A DNA stretch of 64,000 nt, from assembly GCF_018977255.1 (NCBI RefSeq), contig NW_024704743.1, forward strand, positions 106,518,001-106,582,000. Direction: 5' to 3'. The translations under genes and the position numbers were made by a program. Numbering within the stretch: position 1 is the stretch's first letter; each line of letters opens with the position of its first letter. This DNA comes from Callorhinchus milii. Lineage: Eukaryota. Under the pieces are notes generated by a model. The model had not been told where the DNA came from, did no database searches, and saw only the letters and a list, made by a program, of their open reading frames with translations. Positions 10,580 to 23,089 of the stretch are shown here, piece by piece.

Positions 10580-11845
10580 TCATAGAATTATACAGCATAG
10601 AAGGAGGCCATTTTGCCCATCGTGCCCATGCCGTCTCTTGAAAGAGTTGTCCAAATTAATCCCACTCCCCTGCTCTCTTCCCCATAGCCTTATAAATTTG
10701 TCCTCCCAGAATATCTATCCACTTCTCTCTTGAAAGTTGTTATTGAATCTGTTTCCATCAGCCTTTCAGAAAATACTTTCGAGATCAGAACAATTCGCTG
10801 TGTGAAAACATTTCTCCTCATTTCCCCTCTGGTTCTTTTGACAACTATCTTAAATCTGTGTCTTCTGGTTACTTTTTGTGGAGTGGTTAGAGCACTCGCC
10901 TTGCAAGCAATACACCATTTTCATAGATTCATAGAATGTTACGGCACAGAAGGAGGCCATTCAGCCCATCGAGTCTGTGCCGGCTCTTTGACAGAGCAAG
11001 TCACTTTCACTAACCCCAATCACCAGCTTTCTCCCCATAATCCTGCAAACCCGTCTTCTCTAGATACCTATCCAGTTCTCTCTTAAAAGCTGTTATTGAA
11101 TCGGACTTCACTACCCTTTCAGGCAGATCATTCCAAATTTGAACAACTCGCTGAGTGAAAAAATTTCTTCTAACCTCCCCTCTGCTTCTTTTGGTAGACA
11201 TCTTAAGACTGTGACCACGGGTCACAGACACACCTACCAGTGGAAGCAGCTTTTCCTTATCTAGCCTGTCGAAACCTTTCATGATCTTGAAGACCTCTAT
11301 CAGGTCCCCACGTAACCTTCTCTGCTCTAATGGGAAAAGTCCTAACTTCTCCAACCTGTCCTCATAGCTAAGGTTCCCCATTCCTGGTTTCATTCTCGTA
11401 AATCTCCTCTGCACCCTTTCCAGTGCCTTAATGTCCTTCCTGAAGTAAGGTGCCCAGAACTGGATGCAGTACTCCAGCTGAGGCCCAACCAGTGTTTTCT
11501 ATAGATTAACAATTACCTCCCTACTCTTATACTCTATGCCCCTGGGTTCAATTCCAGGCAGGGAGAAACCTTTGGGCAAGTTTCCTTACTCCACACGCCT
11601 AATAATAATCCCTCCAAAAAAAACAATAATAAATTAGTCATTTTCAATCCACGACTGTTTGTCGTTTCGCCCACAAATATATGGTCAATTCACTTTACAG
11701 CATATTCTGTGAAGCGCTTTGAGATATCTAGAAGACGTGAAAAGCACTATATCAAATGCAAGGATTATTATTTTTATTACTGACCCACCCGCCAGTGGAA
11801 ACAGTTTCTCCCTATTCACTTTATCAAATCCTTTCAAGGTCCTTT
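10580..11845. mobile_element. Nested cluster: CR1 (-) containing a SINE (+, 10878-11775) that contains a second CR1 (-, 10920-11541)
   Basis: ORF 11010-11414 is a CR1 ORF2 C-terminus (LEQRRLRGDLIEVFKIMKG..FTQRVVQIWNDLP). The SINE head and body, and the outer CR1, rejoin across the insertions. Confidence 0.85.
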
Positions 11846-12619
11846 TTATTTTCATAGCTGTGGGTTCAAGCCCCACTTTCGGACTTTGAATTTATAGTGT
11901 AGGTTGACACTTGAAATGCAGTGCTGGGGAGTGCTGCATTGTTAGAGGTACCATTCTTTGATTGAAACATTAAATCGAGTTCCCACCTACCTGTTCAGGT
12001 GGATATTAAAGATACCATGGCAATGAAAGGTGCTATATAAATGTAAATTGTATGATATCTGCAAATCAAGATTTCACATATTTGTAATGCTTTCACACTT
12101 TGAGACAACTCTAAGTGACTGAGAAGTTATTTTTGACTGGTACGCACCAGCAGGTTCCACAAACAAATAAGAGGTGAATTGTAAATTAATCTTAAGAATT
12201 GGTGGCCAGTACACCAGGAAAAGCTTCCTTTACTTTTCAAGTGTCACAGGATATTTACTTGAACATGCAAACAGGACCTCAGTTTAACATCCAAATGTTG
12301 CCACTTCCAACGAGGTATTGCTCGCCTAGTACTGTACCGTGTCCAACCTACACAATGAACTGGAGGGGATTTCTATTTCCAGAAATACCTACCAGGAAGC
12401 AGTATTGAGTGTTAACCTGATTACATGTGTTATATAGTGTTTTTGTCACAAATATCCTATGACGTGCTGAAACACTCGTGTTTCCTATCTATCAACCAAA
12501 TCATGTGAGTAGATGACTCAGGTGGCAGCACTTTCACCTCCGAGTCAAAAGATTGTTAGGTTCAAGCCCCAGGTGGACTTTCAGATCCCATGGCACTGTT
12601 TGCGAGTTACTATTGCGTG

Positions 12620-13300
12620 TAAATCTCGGTGTCCTGTTTGACCCTCAACTGTCCTTCATACCCCACATCCGTACCATGACCCGCTCCGCCTTTACACACC
12701 TCCGCAACATCATCCGGCACTGCCACTGTCTCACACCATAGGCCGCCGAAACCCTCATACATGCTTTAATAACATCCAGGCTCGACTACGCAAACTCCCT
12801 GTTTGTCAGCCTCCCCAACTCCTCCCTCCATAGGCTGCAGATTATCCAGAACGCTGCAGCCCATGTCCTCTCCTGCACCAGGCTCGGCGAACCTGTCAGC
12901 CCCATTCTCGCTCGACTCCACTGGCTTCCCATCACGCAGAGGATACAGTTTCAAGATCCTCACTTTCAAAGTATCCATGGTCTTGCTCCCCCCTACCTCA
13001 GCAACCTCCTAACCCCTGCCCGCTCCTTCCACCTGCTTCACGTCTCCCGTCTCGCCCACCCCACCATTGGCAGACCAGCTTCCAGCCACTCTAGTCCCAC
13101 CTCTGGAACTCCATCCCAAAGTCCCTCCAGCTTGCCCCCTCCTGTTTCAAGACGCTTCTCTTCAACCGTGCCTTCGATGATTTCTCCTTCCACCGTGCCC
13201 TCCACCCTCCCCAATCCCGACACCCAGCTCAGGTCCAGCACTTATGGAAGTCATCCCGATGTGAAAAGCACTTTCCAAATGTAATTTTGTTGTTGTCGTC
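12620..13300 (+). mobile_element. Degenerate L2 3' fragment
   Basis: Similar to the L2 at 25580-26393; has a (TTG)n tail. Confidence 0.8.
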
Positions 13301-15329
13301 ATAAATTGGATGCCGCATTTGCCTAAAAAATATACAGGCACAATAAAGGATATTCTGTGGAATGCTTTGAGACGCCTTCTTCACATGAAATGGACGTCCT
13401 CCCGACGTGAAAGGCGCTCTATAAATGGAATCTTGTTGTTGTTGTGTTGTTGCAAGGTACTGTATCAAATTTAAATCAAATATTTTACTGCTTTATTAAT
13501 TTACTTTTTAATCAATGCATTAATAATTTATTGTATTATAATCAACACACAATTCAATTATATCTAATTGTTCATACATTAATAAAAATTATTGTTTTAT
13601 TAATTTAATGTTACTACAAAGCTTCTCTTCAACAGGTAAACTGGATCAATAAAGTATTACATTGAAATAAAAAATTATTATGTTGAGAAATACACAAATA
13701 ACTATAACTGAAAATGTTTAATTATTTTGAAAATGTAGAAGTGCAGAGGTGCAGAGAAACTTCAGAGAATTGGGTTTGTGTGGACAGCTCCAATGGGGGA
13801 AACTGTCAACAAGGTGGATACAACAGGTTGCATGGCTTCTTTTTGTATTATAATTGTCACTGAATTACCTAAACACATTTTGAAAATGGGAAACTGAAGA
13901 AAAGCTCAATCACATCCTCTAGAGGTAGCATGACTCATTGCATCGTTTGTTGCACACCATGGTATTCTTTCACTGCCAGTTTATTTATAAGATTTCTATA
14001 TTAAAAGTACCTGTATATACAAATCCACTGAAGTTGATGGATCTTTAATCTATTGTGATTGACTACTTGGAGGAGTGATTGCTTTGAGGAGTGATTGCAT
14101 TGCTTCGCATTGTTGGAGCTGTCCTCTTGCATTAAACTGAGGTGTCACCTGCTTGTTCAGTTGGATGTTAAAAACCCCATGGTACTGATTGAAAAAAGGG
14201 AGTTTCTCCTGGGTTTATCCCCCAGATAAAATTAGTCATTCATTTCATGGTTGTTTGTGGGACTATGTACAAAACAAAACTTGCACAACTGGTTTTAACA
14301 ACAATAAAGAAAAGTTTATGTTGAAAAAGGAAATTCTCCCTTATTTACATCCATTTTCTCCAGACTCACCTAACTGCTCACTGACACCCATCTTTATAAC
14401 TGATGTTCATTAACCTGTGGCCAGTCCCCGATTATCACTTAGGGATGGAACTCGAGCCCTTGTTAGCTCCCTTGATTGTGGCACCCTTTTACCAAGTCAG
14501 ACACACAAAAATATGCTCCTTTACACGTAGGTTGAGCAGCAATAACCATAAAAAGCAGTGACAGGGTTTATCACCGTCACACCAGCTAACACTCAAACTT
14601 AACTTTATGGTTTATCAGCTATAGTCCCGTCTTTGCCTGATGTTAGTGGTATATATGGGCACTCCAAATCATCTTCTGGGAAGAGTAATGCTGCAAATCT
14701 TCTGTGGTCCCACCACACACCTGTACCATATTCATGAGACATCTGTCCTTATATTCCTGTCTCTGGATGCCATCTATTCTTATGCTGCCAATCTAATGCT
14801 ATTTCTACTGTTGGAAACAATTTGAAATTTCTTCCAATTGTAGAAAAATTTGACGCATGAAACAAGATCCATATTTCCCAGCTACAACATTGCATTCACT
14901 GGGTACCGAGGAATCCACTGCACATCCACTTGAGCAGGAGCAGAGTTCCAAATGCCCAATGCTGGTTATTTATTTGTGTGTGTTACTAAAGAGCTGGTAG
15001 TGTGACTTTCTCTTTACTAAGATTAAAAAATGTCCTTTGAACGTTCTCGGGCAAGTTTAAGGGACTGAAAGATTTTCATCATCTCCACTTATAGTAGTGT
15101 GTATCAATTTCCTGCTGAAAGCCCTTTGAGAGGACTTGGAAAATCCGTCTACTCTTCAGTCACAATGGCTGTTTGTCCTATCTGCTTTGTTCTTGAATGG
15201 TTGATATTGTGCTGAATAAATCCCAACAATAACATGTGTTGTAGTGTATACAGTTGCCATTCAACACTTTATTCAGTGACCAGTAGGTTATCTAGATTTT
15301 TCCCATCTTTCTTGTCGAGAACATTAATA

Positions 15330-15710
15330 ATAATACTTGCATTTTGGTATAGCACCTTTCCCATTGGGAGAATGTCCCAATTTGCTTCACAGGATTTACT
15401 GTGAAATGGAATGGCTGTACATTTGTAGGTGAATGAGCAGCCTAATTGCACATAGCAGTGTCCCTCAAACAGCCATGAAACATTAACAACCAATTATATT
15501 TGGGGGATTGTTGGCCGGACACCAGAGGAAACTTCTCTTTTTGAATAGTGCTATGGGATGTTTAACGTCCACCTGAACAGGCAGACAGATCCTTGGTTTA
15601 ACATCTCATCCGAGGGACCGTACCTCTAATAATTCAACACCACCTAACTGCATTGGAGTGCCACCTTAAACTATGTGAGTTCAAGTCCTGACGTAGGGCT
15701 TCTCACTCAG
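15330..15710 (-). mobile_element. Old DeuSINE copy
   Basis: Tail, Deu core and the TTTAACGTCCACCTGAACAGGCAGAC segment are shared with other copies. Confidence 0.65.
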
Positions 15711-16594
15711 AAGGTATCACTTTATAATAATAATCCTTGCATTTAATATTGCACCTGAACACATTATTAAGGTGTCTCAAAACACTTCACTGAATTTACT
15801 GTAAAGTATATTGACTTTTTTTTAGATTACTTCTTTATCTGAATCAATTGTGAAGCAAACTGCAAAAATAAATGCTTCACTGTGTGTGTACTGAAGAGCT
15901 TACTGACTGCTCATTACAAGGCTATTCATCAGTGCCTTAACTTTAACAAATCAGCACAATACAAGGCTGCTAAAGGAAAAAAATGTGTCTCATTTAATAT
16001 TTCTCAATGGCTTTAAGCCTACAATGGGAAAATTACTCAGTCTTGCATTGCCCTCTTCCTCATATTCACCTACCAATGCACAGCCACTGCACTTTGCAGT
16101 AAATCCTGTAAAACACTGAGACGTTTTGGTGACATATATTTCGTATCAAATGCAAGGATTATTTATGAAAACATTTTTACATGTGGGGCAAGGCAAATAG
16201 AAACAGGAAAAGCTTAAAAGACAATATTCAACAAATGTGAAATTCACGTTTGATTGTTCCAAAAATAAACTGAACAGTAAGTTGCAGTTTTATAAAAATG
16301 CCAGTAAGAAAAATTAGGTTGCAAGAAAGAGAATAAAATGTACGGTTTTCGTAAAAAAAAACCCTGGGAATACACAGCTGGTTATTCACCACCTGAAGGT
16401 CAAAAATAGATTAATATTGTATGGTTGACCACCCATGGAATTCCAGATTGTTTTATTCAGATTTGCAGAATTACATACTCTCTTTCATTTCTTTTTTATT
16501 AAATGCTAAGCTTTGTTAAACAAATCGTACTATTTTAACTGACGCGATTTCACAATATAGAAAACAAACTTCTGTATTCACTGCGTGGAAAACG

Positions 16595-16688
16595 TTAATC
16601 TTTCTTGGGATGACCTTTGAATTTATCCATTATTTGGAAAGCACCCAAATAATCTCCAAGAAGAATCCCAAGTTTCACAGGAAGGATA
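16595..16688 (-). CDS. SDR16C5: SDR16C5 last coding exon, distal copy 6b ((N)ILPVKLGILLGDYLGAFQIMDKFKGHPKKD*)
   Basis: Acceptor tttctttgcag, 94 nt, phase compatible with exon 5. Matches the RDHE2 C-terminus (LP.K.G.L..DYLG....MD.F). AATAAA on the minus strand at 16500 and 16457. Confidence 0.88.
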
Positions 16689-17804
16689 CTGCAAAGAAAC
16701 AAAAACATAGGTGGTTATAATAATAAATAATCCTCACATTTGCAACAGCACCCTTCATGTCGGGAAGACATCTCAAAGCACTTCACAGGATTTTACTTTA
16801 AAGTGTAGCGACTGTGTATTTTGTTGAGGAACACAGCAGCCAATTCCAACAAACAGCCACTAAGTGAACAAACAATTTTACCTGGTTTATCGGTGCCTAG
16901 AACACTGAGAGCCTCTTCCTTTTCAAACAGTACCATAGGACTCTAACACCCGCCTAAACAGGCAAATGGGACGTCAGTTTAAAGTCTCATTAGCAGGACG
17001 CAACCTCCAACAATGCATTGCATTGAAGTGGTAGCTTACAGTCAAATCACAACCTTCCGAGTCAAAGACTAAGAAGAATTCTTGCATTTGACATAATGCC
17101 TTTGACATTAGGACATCTCAAAGTGCTGCACAAGATTTACTGTAAAGTTAGTGACTGTGTATTTTATAGATGAACATCTTGCCAACATCAGTGAGATAGG
17201 TAGCATAGTTTGACTGAGTCTTACTGATCAAAGACCACAGTGAAGGTGGGAGAAGGCCAACTTTTACAGGAAGTTGTCCCAATCGTAAATGGAGCAACCT
17301 TCACATTGAGGTGCAATATCTATTAAGCTGTTAACCCTATGCTATGTTTGTACTTCAGTGATCTGACTAAGAGCAAATGAGAACCCAATAACAATACCCC
17401 TGTCCTACAGTCCTCTATTCCCTTCTCGGAGGGTGTACATCCATCTTCCATGTTTCTGGAATTCAGAGTTGAAAAAGAATCTGATGTCTTACTGAGTAAA
17501 ATACAGTACCAAGACATATTAAGTTCACATTTTATAGAATTTATATACTGTATATATTAAGATTCTTTCTTCACTCCCAGACTCTTGCTGGGCAGGGCAG
17601 GGATGGAAAAGAAAGGCAGGTTTGCTTCTCTCCCCTTCCACTCATTGGTTCCAACGAGGTATTGAAAACATTCAAACTTCATTCAGTATGTGAGCATAGT
17701 ACATAAAATATTATTTATAAAGTTTTGTAAAATATCCTCCTTTAAATTTTTGTCATGAGAAGTACAATATTCACATCAAAAACAATTGCCCCCTCTCCTA
17801 CAAA

Positions 17805-17898
17805 GACAGAAGTCGCTGGGAACACTCAGCAGGTCAGGCAGCATCTATGGAGAAAGGAAAGTGAGTCAATGTTTTGGGTCCACGACCCTTTGTCAGAA
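17805..17898 (-). mobile_element. Penelope-like pLTR half copy
   Basis: Similar to the left arm of 8258-8470. Confidence 0.5.
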
Positions 17899-18219
17899 TC
17901 CCCTCTCCTAGTTTAGATATTAAGAGGTACAAATACTATTTATTCTGGTTTCCTTTCTTCCTGCACTTTGTCTCGTCCGAGCCAGGAAATATGGCATTGT
18001 TAGTATCTGAAGTGCAGGAAAGCTACATCTGTATTACATGACAAGGTCATAGATTTTCCTGCTCTAATTCTACATCAAATACCAATATGAAGAATTTCCA
18101 TATTGAATTGAAGCCTTTTGTAAATTCCTACGAGTAGTATTTTGTTTTCTACCCACAACACTGATAAAAGAGGGTGCAACAATAAGTCAGTTACAAACAC
18201 ACAACCAGATAATTTCATA

Positions 18220-18550
18220 TTTCATAGAAACAGGATTAGGCCATTCAGCCCCTCAAGGCTGTTCTTCCATTCGATAAGATCATGGCTGATCTGAATCTCA
18301 AGTCCAATTATCTGCCCTTGCCCCAAATTTCTTGATACCCCGACCTAACAAATAGCTATCCACCTCAGTCTTAAAAATGTAAATGGATCCAGAATCCACA
18401 GCCTTTTGGGGGAGAGAGTTCCAGATTTCCACTATCCTTTCAGTGGAAAAACTGCCTCCTAATTTCACTCCTAAATGGCCTAATTCTAATTTTAAGATAT
18501 GCCTCCTTATTCTGGATTCCCCCATCGGAGGAAGTAGTTTATCTGTATAG
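18220..18550 (-). mobile_element. CR1 3' fragment
   Basis: Translation ERIVEIWNSLPQKAVDSGSIYIFKTEVDSYL, plus a CR1 3'UTR. Confidence 0.8.
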
Positions 18551-20157
18551 TTTCCCCTCAGGTGCACTAAACAAACAAAGAAAAAAATCAGTATTATGAA
18601 ACATTTTTCCCCCAACTGTAAGAGACACACGTCACATACAAATAAACCGTGGTGGAAACAAGGCCAGACTACTATCTACATGGATGACTACTCATCAGTT
18701 TTCAGAAAACTGCGCTAAGCACCACTTAGCGATCTCCGTGCAGACCAACTCTCTTCTGAGGATACCCAACAGCAGGACAGCAGAAAGCTGGTGACATTAT
18801 ATTAAGTCAACTGTTATGAGACTGAACATTACAGCAGCCCTGTTCCAGGTTTCCATCCAAGTGCTTTGGCCCCAAGTGTCTTGACAAACGCTCTACTTAA
18901 CAGTTAGCAACCTGACAAAGAAATCCAGTGTCTGCTGATAGGAAGTCATTTAGGAATTCTGTTACAAATGTACTTTTATTGAGGTGATAAATCAGCATTT
19001 CTGGAGGCACACATGAACTATTCTCAGTGTGATGAATGGGAAAGAATGCGTTTGATGAGGAGAAATGGCCTTATAAATCTCGGCTCAATGAAGTATTTCT
19101 AAATTGATGCGACAAACTGATGATCAGAAACAGATGGGCAAAATGTATCAACTATTTCTCCAAATTCTAAACACAGGGAGATTACAATGAAGAAAGGCAA
19201 CATTAAAAAGAAATGAAGAACATATTGCAATTGTAAATTCTTAAAGCTGCTGCAACACAGAGAAACACTTAAAATAAAATCCCCAACCAGTTTCTAATTT
19301 CATTCGCAATTAAACAAAAGAGAATAAAATGCAGATAAAAGGGGTGGTATTACGCATAACACTAGAATACAATGTTATATTTAGTTTTCCAACATAAATA
19401 TTGATAAAGGAAAAAGTTTCAATGTTTATCAGATACGTAGACAATGAAATCCACTGGTCTCGTTTTGGGATCAGTTGCTTTTAAATACCCTGACAGCAAA
19501 ACAATTTTTGTGAGCAGAGTATTTCTTTCTCCTTTTCTCCAATTGTCAGCAAAACAGAAAGTGAAGTGAGGGAGATCCAGCCCTTGTAAAAGTAACATTT
19601 GACAACTGGTTTGGGACATCATTCCTCCAGCTACTTTGGTTCTATATTAAATTAATCTACCAAGTATTCAAATGAAAATTATATTTTCTGACAGGTTAGT
19701 TAAGTTTTGTGTTCGAACAAAAACACATTAATAGTCACTGAACAACGGCAAACACAGTACAGGAAACATAACGCGAGTTCAAGTGCTCCAAGATACTATC
19801 CCACATGAAGGCCCTAATACACATCTAAGTTCTTGTTATAATAAGTAACAAGTTAGCTACAAAGGTTTTGTGACAAAGAGAATCAATTGCATATTCCTGT
19901 GTAGGTTAATTAAGCATCCTATATGGTCTGGATTTGAAATATGTGTATAATGCATACAAAGTATATATTTATCACACATATGTTTTATATATGTGTGGGG
20001 GAAAGGATAGGGGGGATAAAGTGAAGGTTATTGAAACCATAAGGAACATTTCAATATATTACTGAAATTAAACCATTAATGATTTGGAAAACAGACTTAT
20101 CCATTGTGGTCAAGTTATTAATACCCAGAGGATCAGTTTCTTTTAAAGTTGCTCCTG

Positions 20158-20251
20158 TTATTCGCTCTTAGCATGGCCCTTGAACTGGTCCATGCAATGG
20201 ATGACACCAAAATATTCTGCCAAAAGAACTCCAATCTTTACAGGAACAAGA
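20158..20251 (-). CDS. SDR16C5: SDR16C5 last coding exon, proximal copy 6a ((N)LVPVKIGVLLAEYFGVIHCMDQFKGHAKSE*)
   Basis: Acceptor tttgttcttctag, 94 nt, same phase and stop position as 16595-16688; 15/30 aa identical to it. Confidence 0.82.
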
Positions 20252-20352
20252 CTAGAAGAACAAACCAAATGAATAAGGTTGTAAACACTGGACAGCACAA
20301 ACAAAAGATATTAAATCATAAAATATATTAAGTAGAGGAAATAGCTTCCTAT

Positions 20353-21208
20353 GTAATAATAATGATAATCCTTGCATTTGATACAGCGCCTTATCATGTT
20401 GTTGAGATGTCTCAAAGTGCTTCACAGAATATATTATAAAGTGAACTGACCGTGTGTTTTGTGGGCGAAATACGGCAGTCAATTGCACGCAACAGTGTCC
20501 CACAAACAGACATGGATTGAGTGACCAATTTTATTTTGAAGGATTATTACCCCCGGAAAGCGATCTGCCAATCAGCTAACATAAGAACATAAGAAATGCG
20601 AGACAAAAAAAGACCAAGGTGCATCTAGTTCGCTTTCACCTTCCTGACGGTCACATGCACATGTCCCGAACTATCTACTTGCTATATCCCATGATGTTAT
20701 TTCCTAAAAGAAAACTATCTAATCTGTGTTTGAAAAGATCAACACATCCTGGTTTTACTACTCTGGACTTGTTGAAACAGCCTGTCATGATGTATATTGT
20801 CTTGCCCCTTTAGAATTTTAAAGTCAGCAGTCATGTCACCTCTCAATCTTCTCTTTTCCAGTGTGAACAAGACCAATTTACTTAGTCGCCCCTGATAGTC
20901 CAGTTCTTCCATTCCCTCATTCATTTTGGTTGCCCTCCTCTGTATCTTCTAGAGTTCTTCAATATCCTTTTTGTACTGCGGCGTCAGAACTGTACACAGT
21001 ACTCTTAAGTGTGGTCTCACCAATGATTTATACAGTGGCAGGATTACCCCACTATTTCAGCTTGCTATTGATCTTTAACAACTGAGTTCCTACTTACTGC
21101 TAGGTAAACAGAGGCAGGTGGAGTACGGAAACTTGCTAAAGGTTTTGCCTCATTCTGGAACTTGGATTCTATTGCTTGCGAGACAAGTGCACTAACCACT
21201 ACACTACT
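20353..21208 (-). mobile_element. tRNA-Ala/Deu SINE split by a CR1 3' fragment (about 20578-21075)
   Basis: The SINE halves rejoin across a CR1 piece (LFTLEKRRLRGDMTADFKILKG; AACATAAG repeat tail). Confidence 0.8.
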
Positions 21209-21269
21209 CAATGTAATAGGATTTTGAAGCATTAAATAAATTAGTTGCAGACACTTATTTGAGTGGCTA

Positions 21270-22655
21270 TGTTAGAAAATCCAAATAGAGACACTCGCTC
21301 GAATGGATTATAATGGTTCTTTAATACTCAGAATCCCAATGGGTTAATACACTTGGTTAATTGCCTGCAGGCACGGCCATCGTCCCAACTATCTACTAGT
21401 TACGATCATACGGGACACATAATTTACTGCGAGTACCACGGCCACCGTCCCAACTATCTACTAGTTACGGTCGTACCGGACTCCTAATTTCTGCGAGTAC
21501 CACGGCCACCGTCCCAACTATTTACTAGTTACGGTCGTACCGGACTCATAAACAAGTCAACTACCGAGTGTATTAATTCAGAGTATCCTGCCGAACCCCA
21601 AATTGTTAGAAAATAAAATCAGCCAAATCTGTAAGGAAATAACGCTAATTCCTTTAACCAGATATCAGACTGTTTTATTATTATTCGTTCGTTATTCCCC
21701 AATATCCCGATGGGTCAGACCAAAGGCCGGTACAATCAACAGATCTTATAACAGAATAATACCACTGTAGATATCTCAAGTTCGACACTGTGTCTTTACA
21801 ACACGCAAGCTTGATTCTTCATGCTTTCAGTCTTCTTGCTTACAGCTTTCAATCTTCCATCTGATATCCTCAGTCTTAGTGTTTCTAGCTCTCAGTCTTC
21901 CATCTCCCATACTCTTGTCTCCGCAGCCCTGGACGGCCCCATCTCCCGTATCCTTGTCTTCGCAGCCCGGGATGGCTCCATCTCCCGTATCCTTGTCTCC
22001 ACGACCCGGGATGGCCCCGTTCACAAAGTTAACGGAACTCTTATACCGATGTTCATCCAATTATGGTGCGGACATTAGATCACCCGGTCGAAATCATGCT
22101 GGGTGTACGTGAGCACCTCATGGGGTGTACGTGCCTCACACACATACACATTGTCCTTAAGACCCCTGTTATCTGATCTAATTATCCAAGATAGAGGATT
22201 GATCAGTTTAGGGCTGTATCTGGTGCTCATTATTTTGTGGTGTGGGATCATTAGTACATTCCTTTTAAGTGACTGGTTATTTCTTATCAGTATCCCGGGA
22301 TGGTACCAAGGTCCTCCAGTTTAAGCAACTTGCTCATTAGTTGCTATTCTTGAGGGTTGTCTTCTGTCGGTTGGCAGGCCCTGTCAGAATCTAGCAACTT
22401 ATTGCTCAGTCGAGATCCTGTGTCGACTGGTACCTTGGACCGTTACCTCTGTAGCCGTGTTGTCATTTACTGATAAGAGGTGACCCCCTGCCCTTTTCCA
22501 AAGCTGTCCTGTTATTCTTTCAAAAACAGAGAAAACCAGATGTGTCCTATCCCATGACTGTTAGTCCAGTTGTCCCCCACACTTAACTTAAAAGTTAAGC
22601 CGTTCGCAACATCTATTATGATTCTAACATTATACAAAAAGTGTAAATTCTAACA
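21270..22655 (-). mobile_element. LTR retroelement remnant (LTR + PBS + leader, internally deleted) with 4-bp TSD
   Basis: Termini TGTTAGAA...TTCTAACA flanked by GCTA on both sides. An internal LTR end at 21604 is followed on the minus strand by ATT-TGGGGTTCGGCAGGAT (PBS-like). AATAAA at 21679-21674. Internal tandem repeats. Confidence 0.75.
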
Positions 22656-23089
22656 GCTACAGAACAGTGGAACAGTCGAAGCCGTGATAAGGGGCTAGAT
22701 CAAATCCAAGGATTATTATTATTGAAGAGGTTAGTTATCACTGATAAAGTTCTCTTTGTAAATCTGTTTTTATGGTCTGGCTGATACTCCACTGAAGGTC
22801 CAAGCAGTTGGCAAAACACATGTTGAAAGATTTCTCTAGAAATGATGGGGAAAGTTTGTGATGTTCCTGCTAAAAACAACCAGCAGGTGGCAGGCTATCT
22901 CACCTAATAAGCGGAACGTCACAGTTTCAGAGTAACCCCTCAAGCAGCTTTTAGCTCTTCTTTTGCTTAATATTTATTTCCTCGGACTGAAGAGAGATCC
23001 AGGCCGTGCTGCCCCTAGCCAATTTTTTTTTTTTTTAAAAGCTATCCAAATCGGAAACAATTGAATTAAGGTTGGGCACCGATTGGGAT

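Noticed and set aside
21821..22324. Short ORFs within the LTR element
   Set aside because: They derive from internal tandem repeats and show no gag/pol/env motifs.
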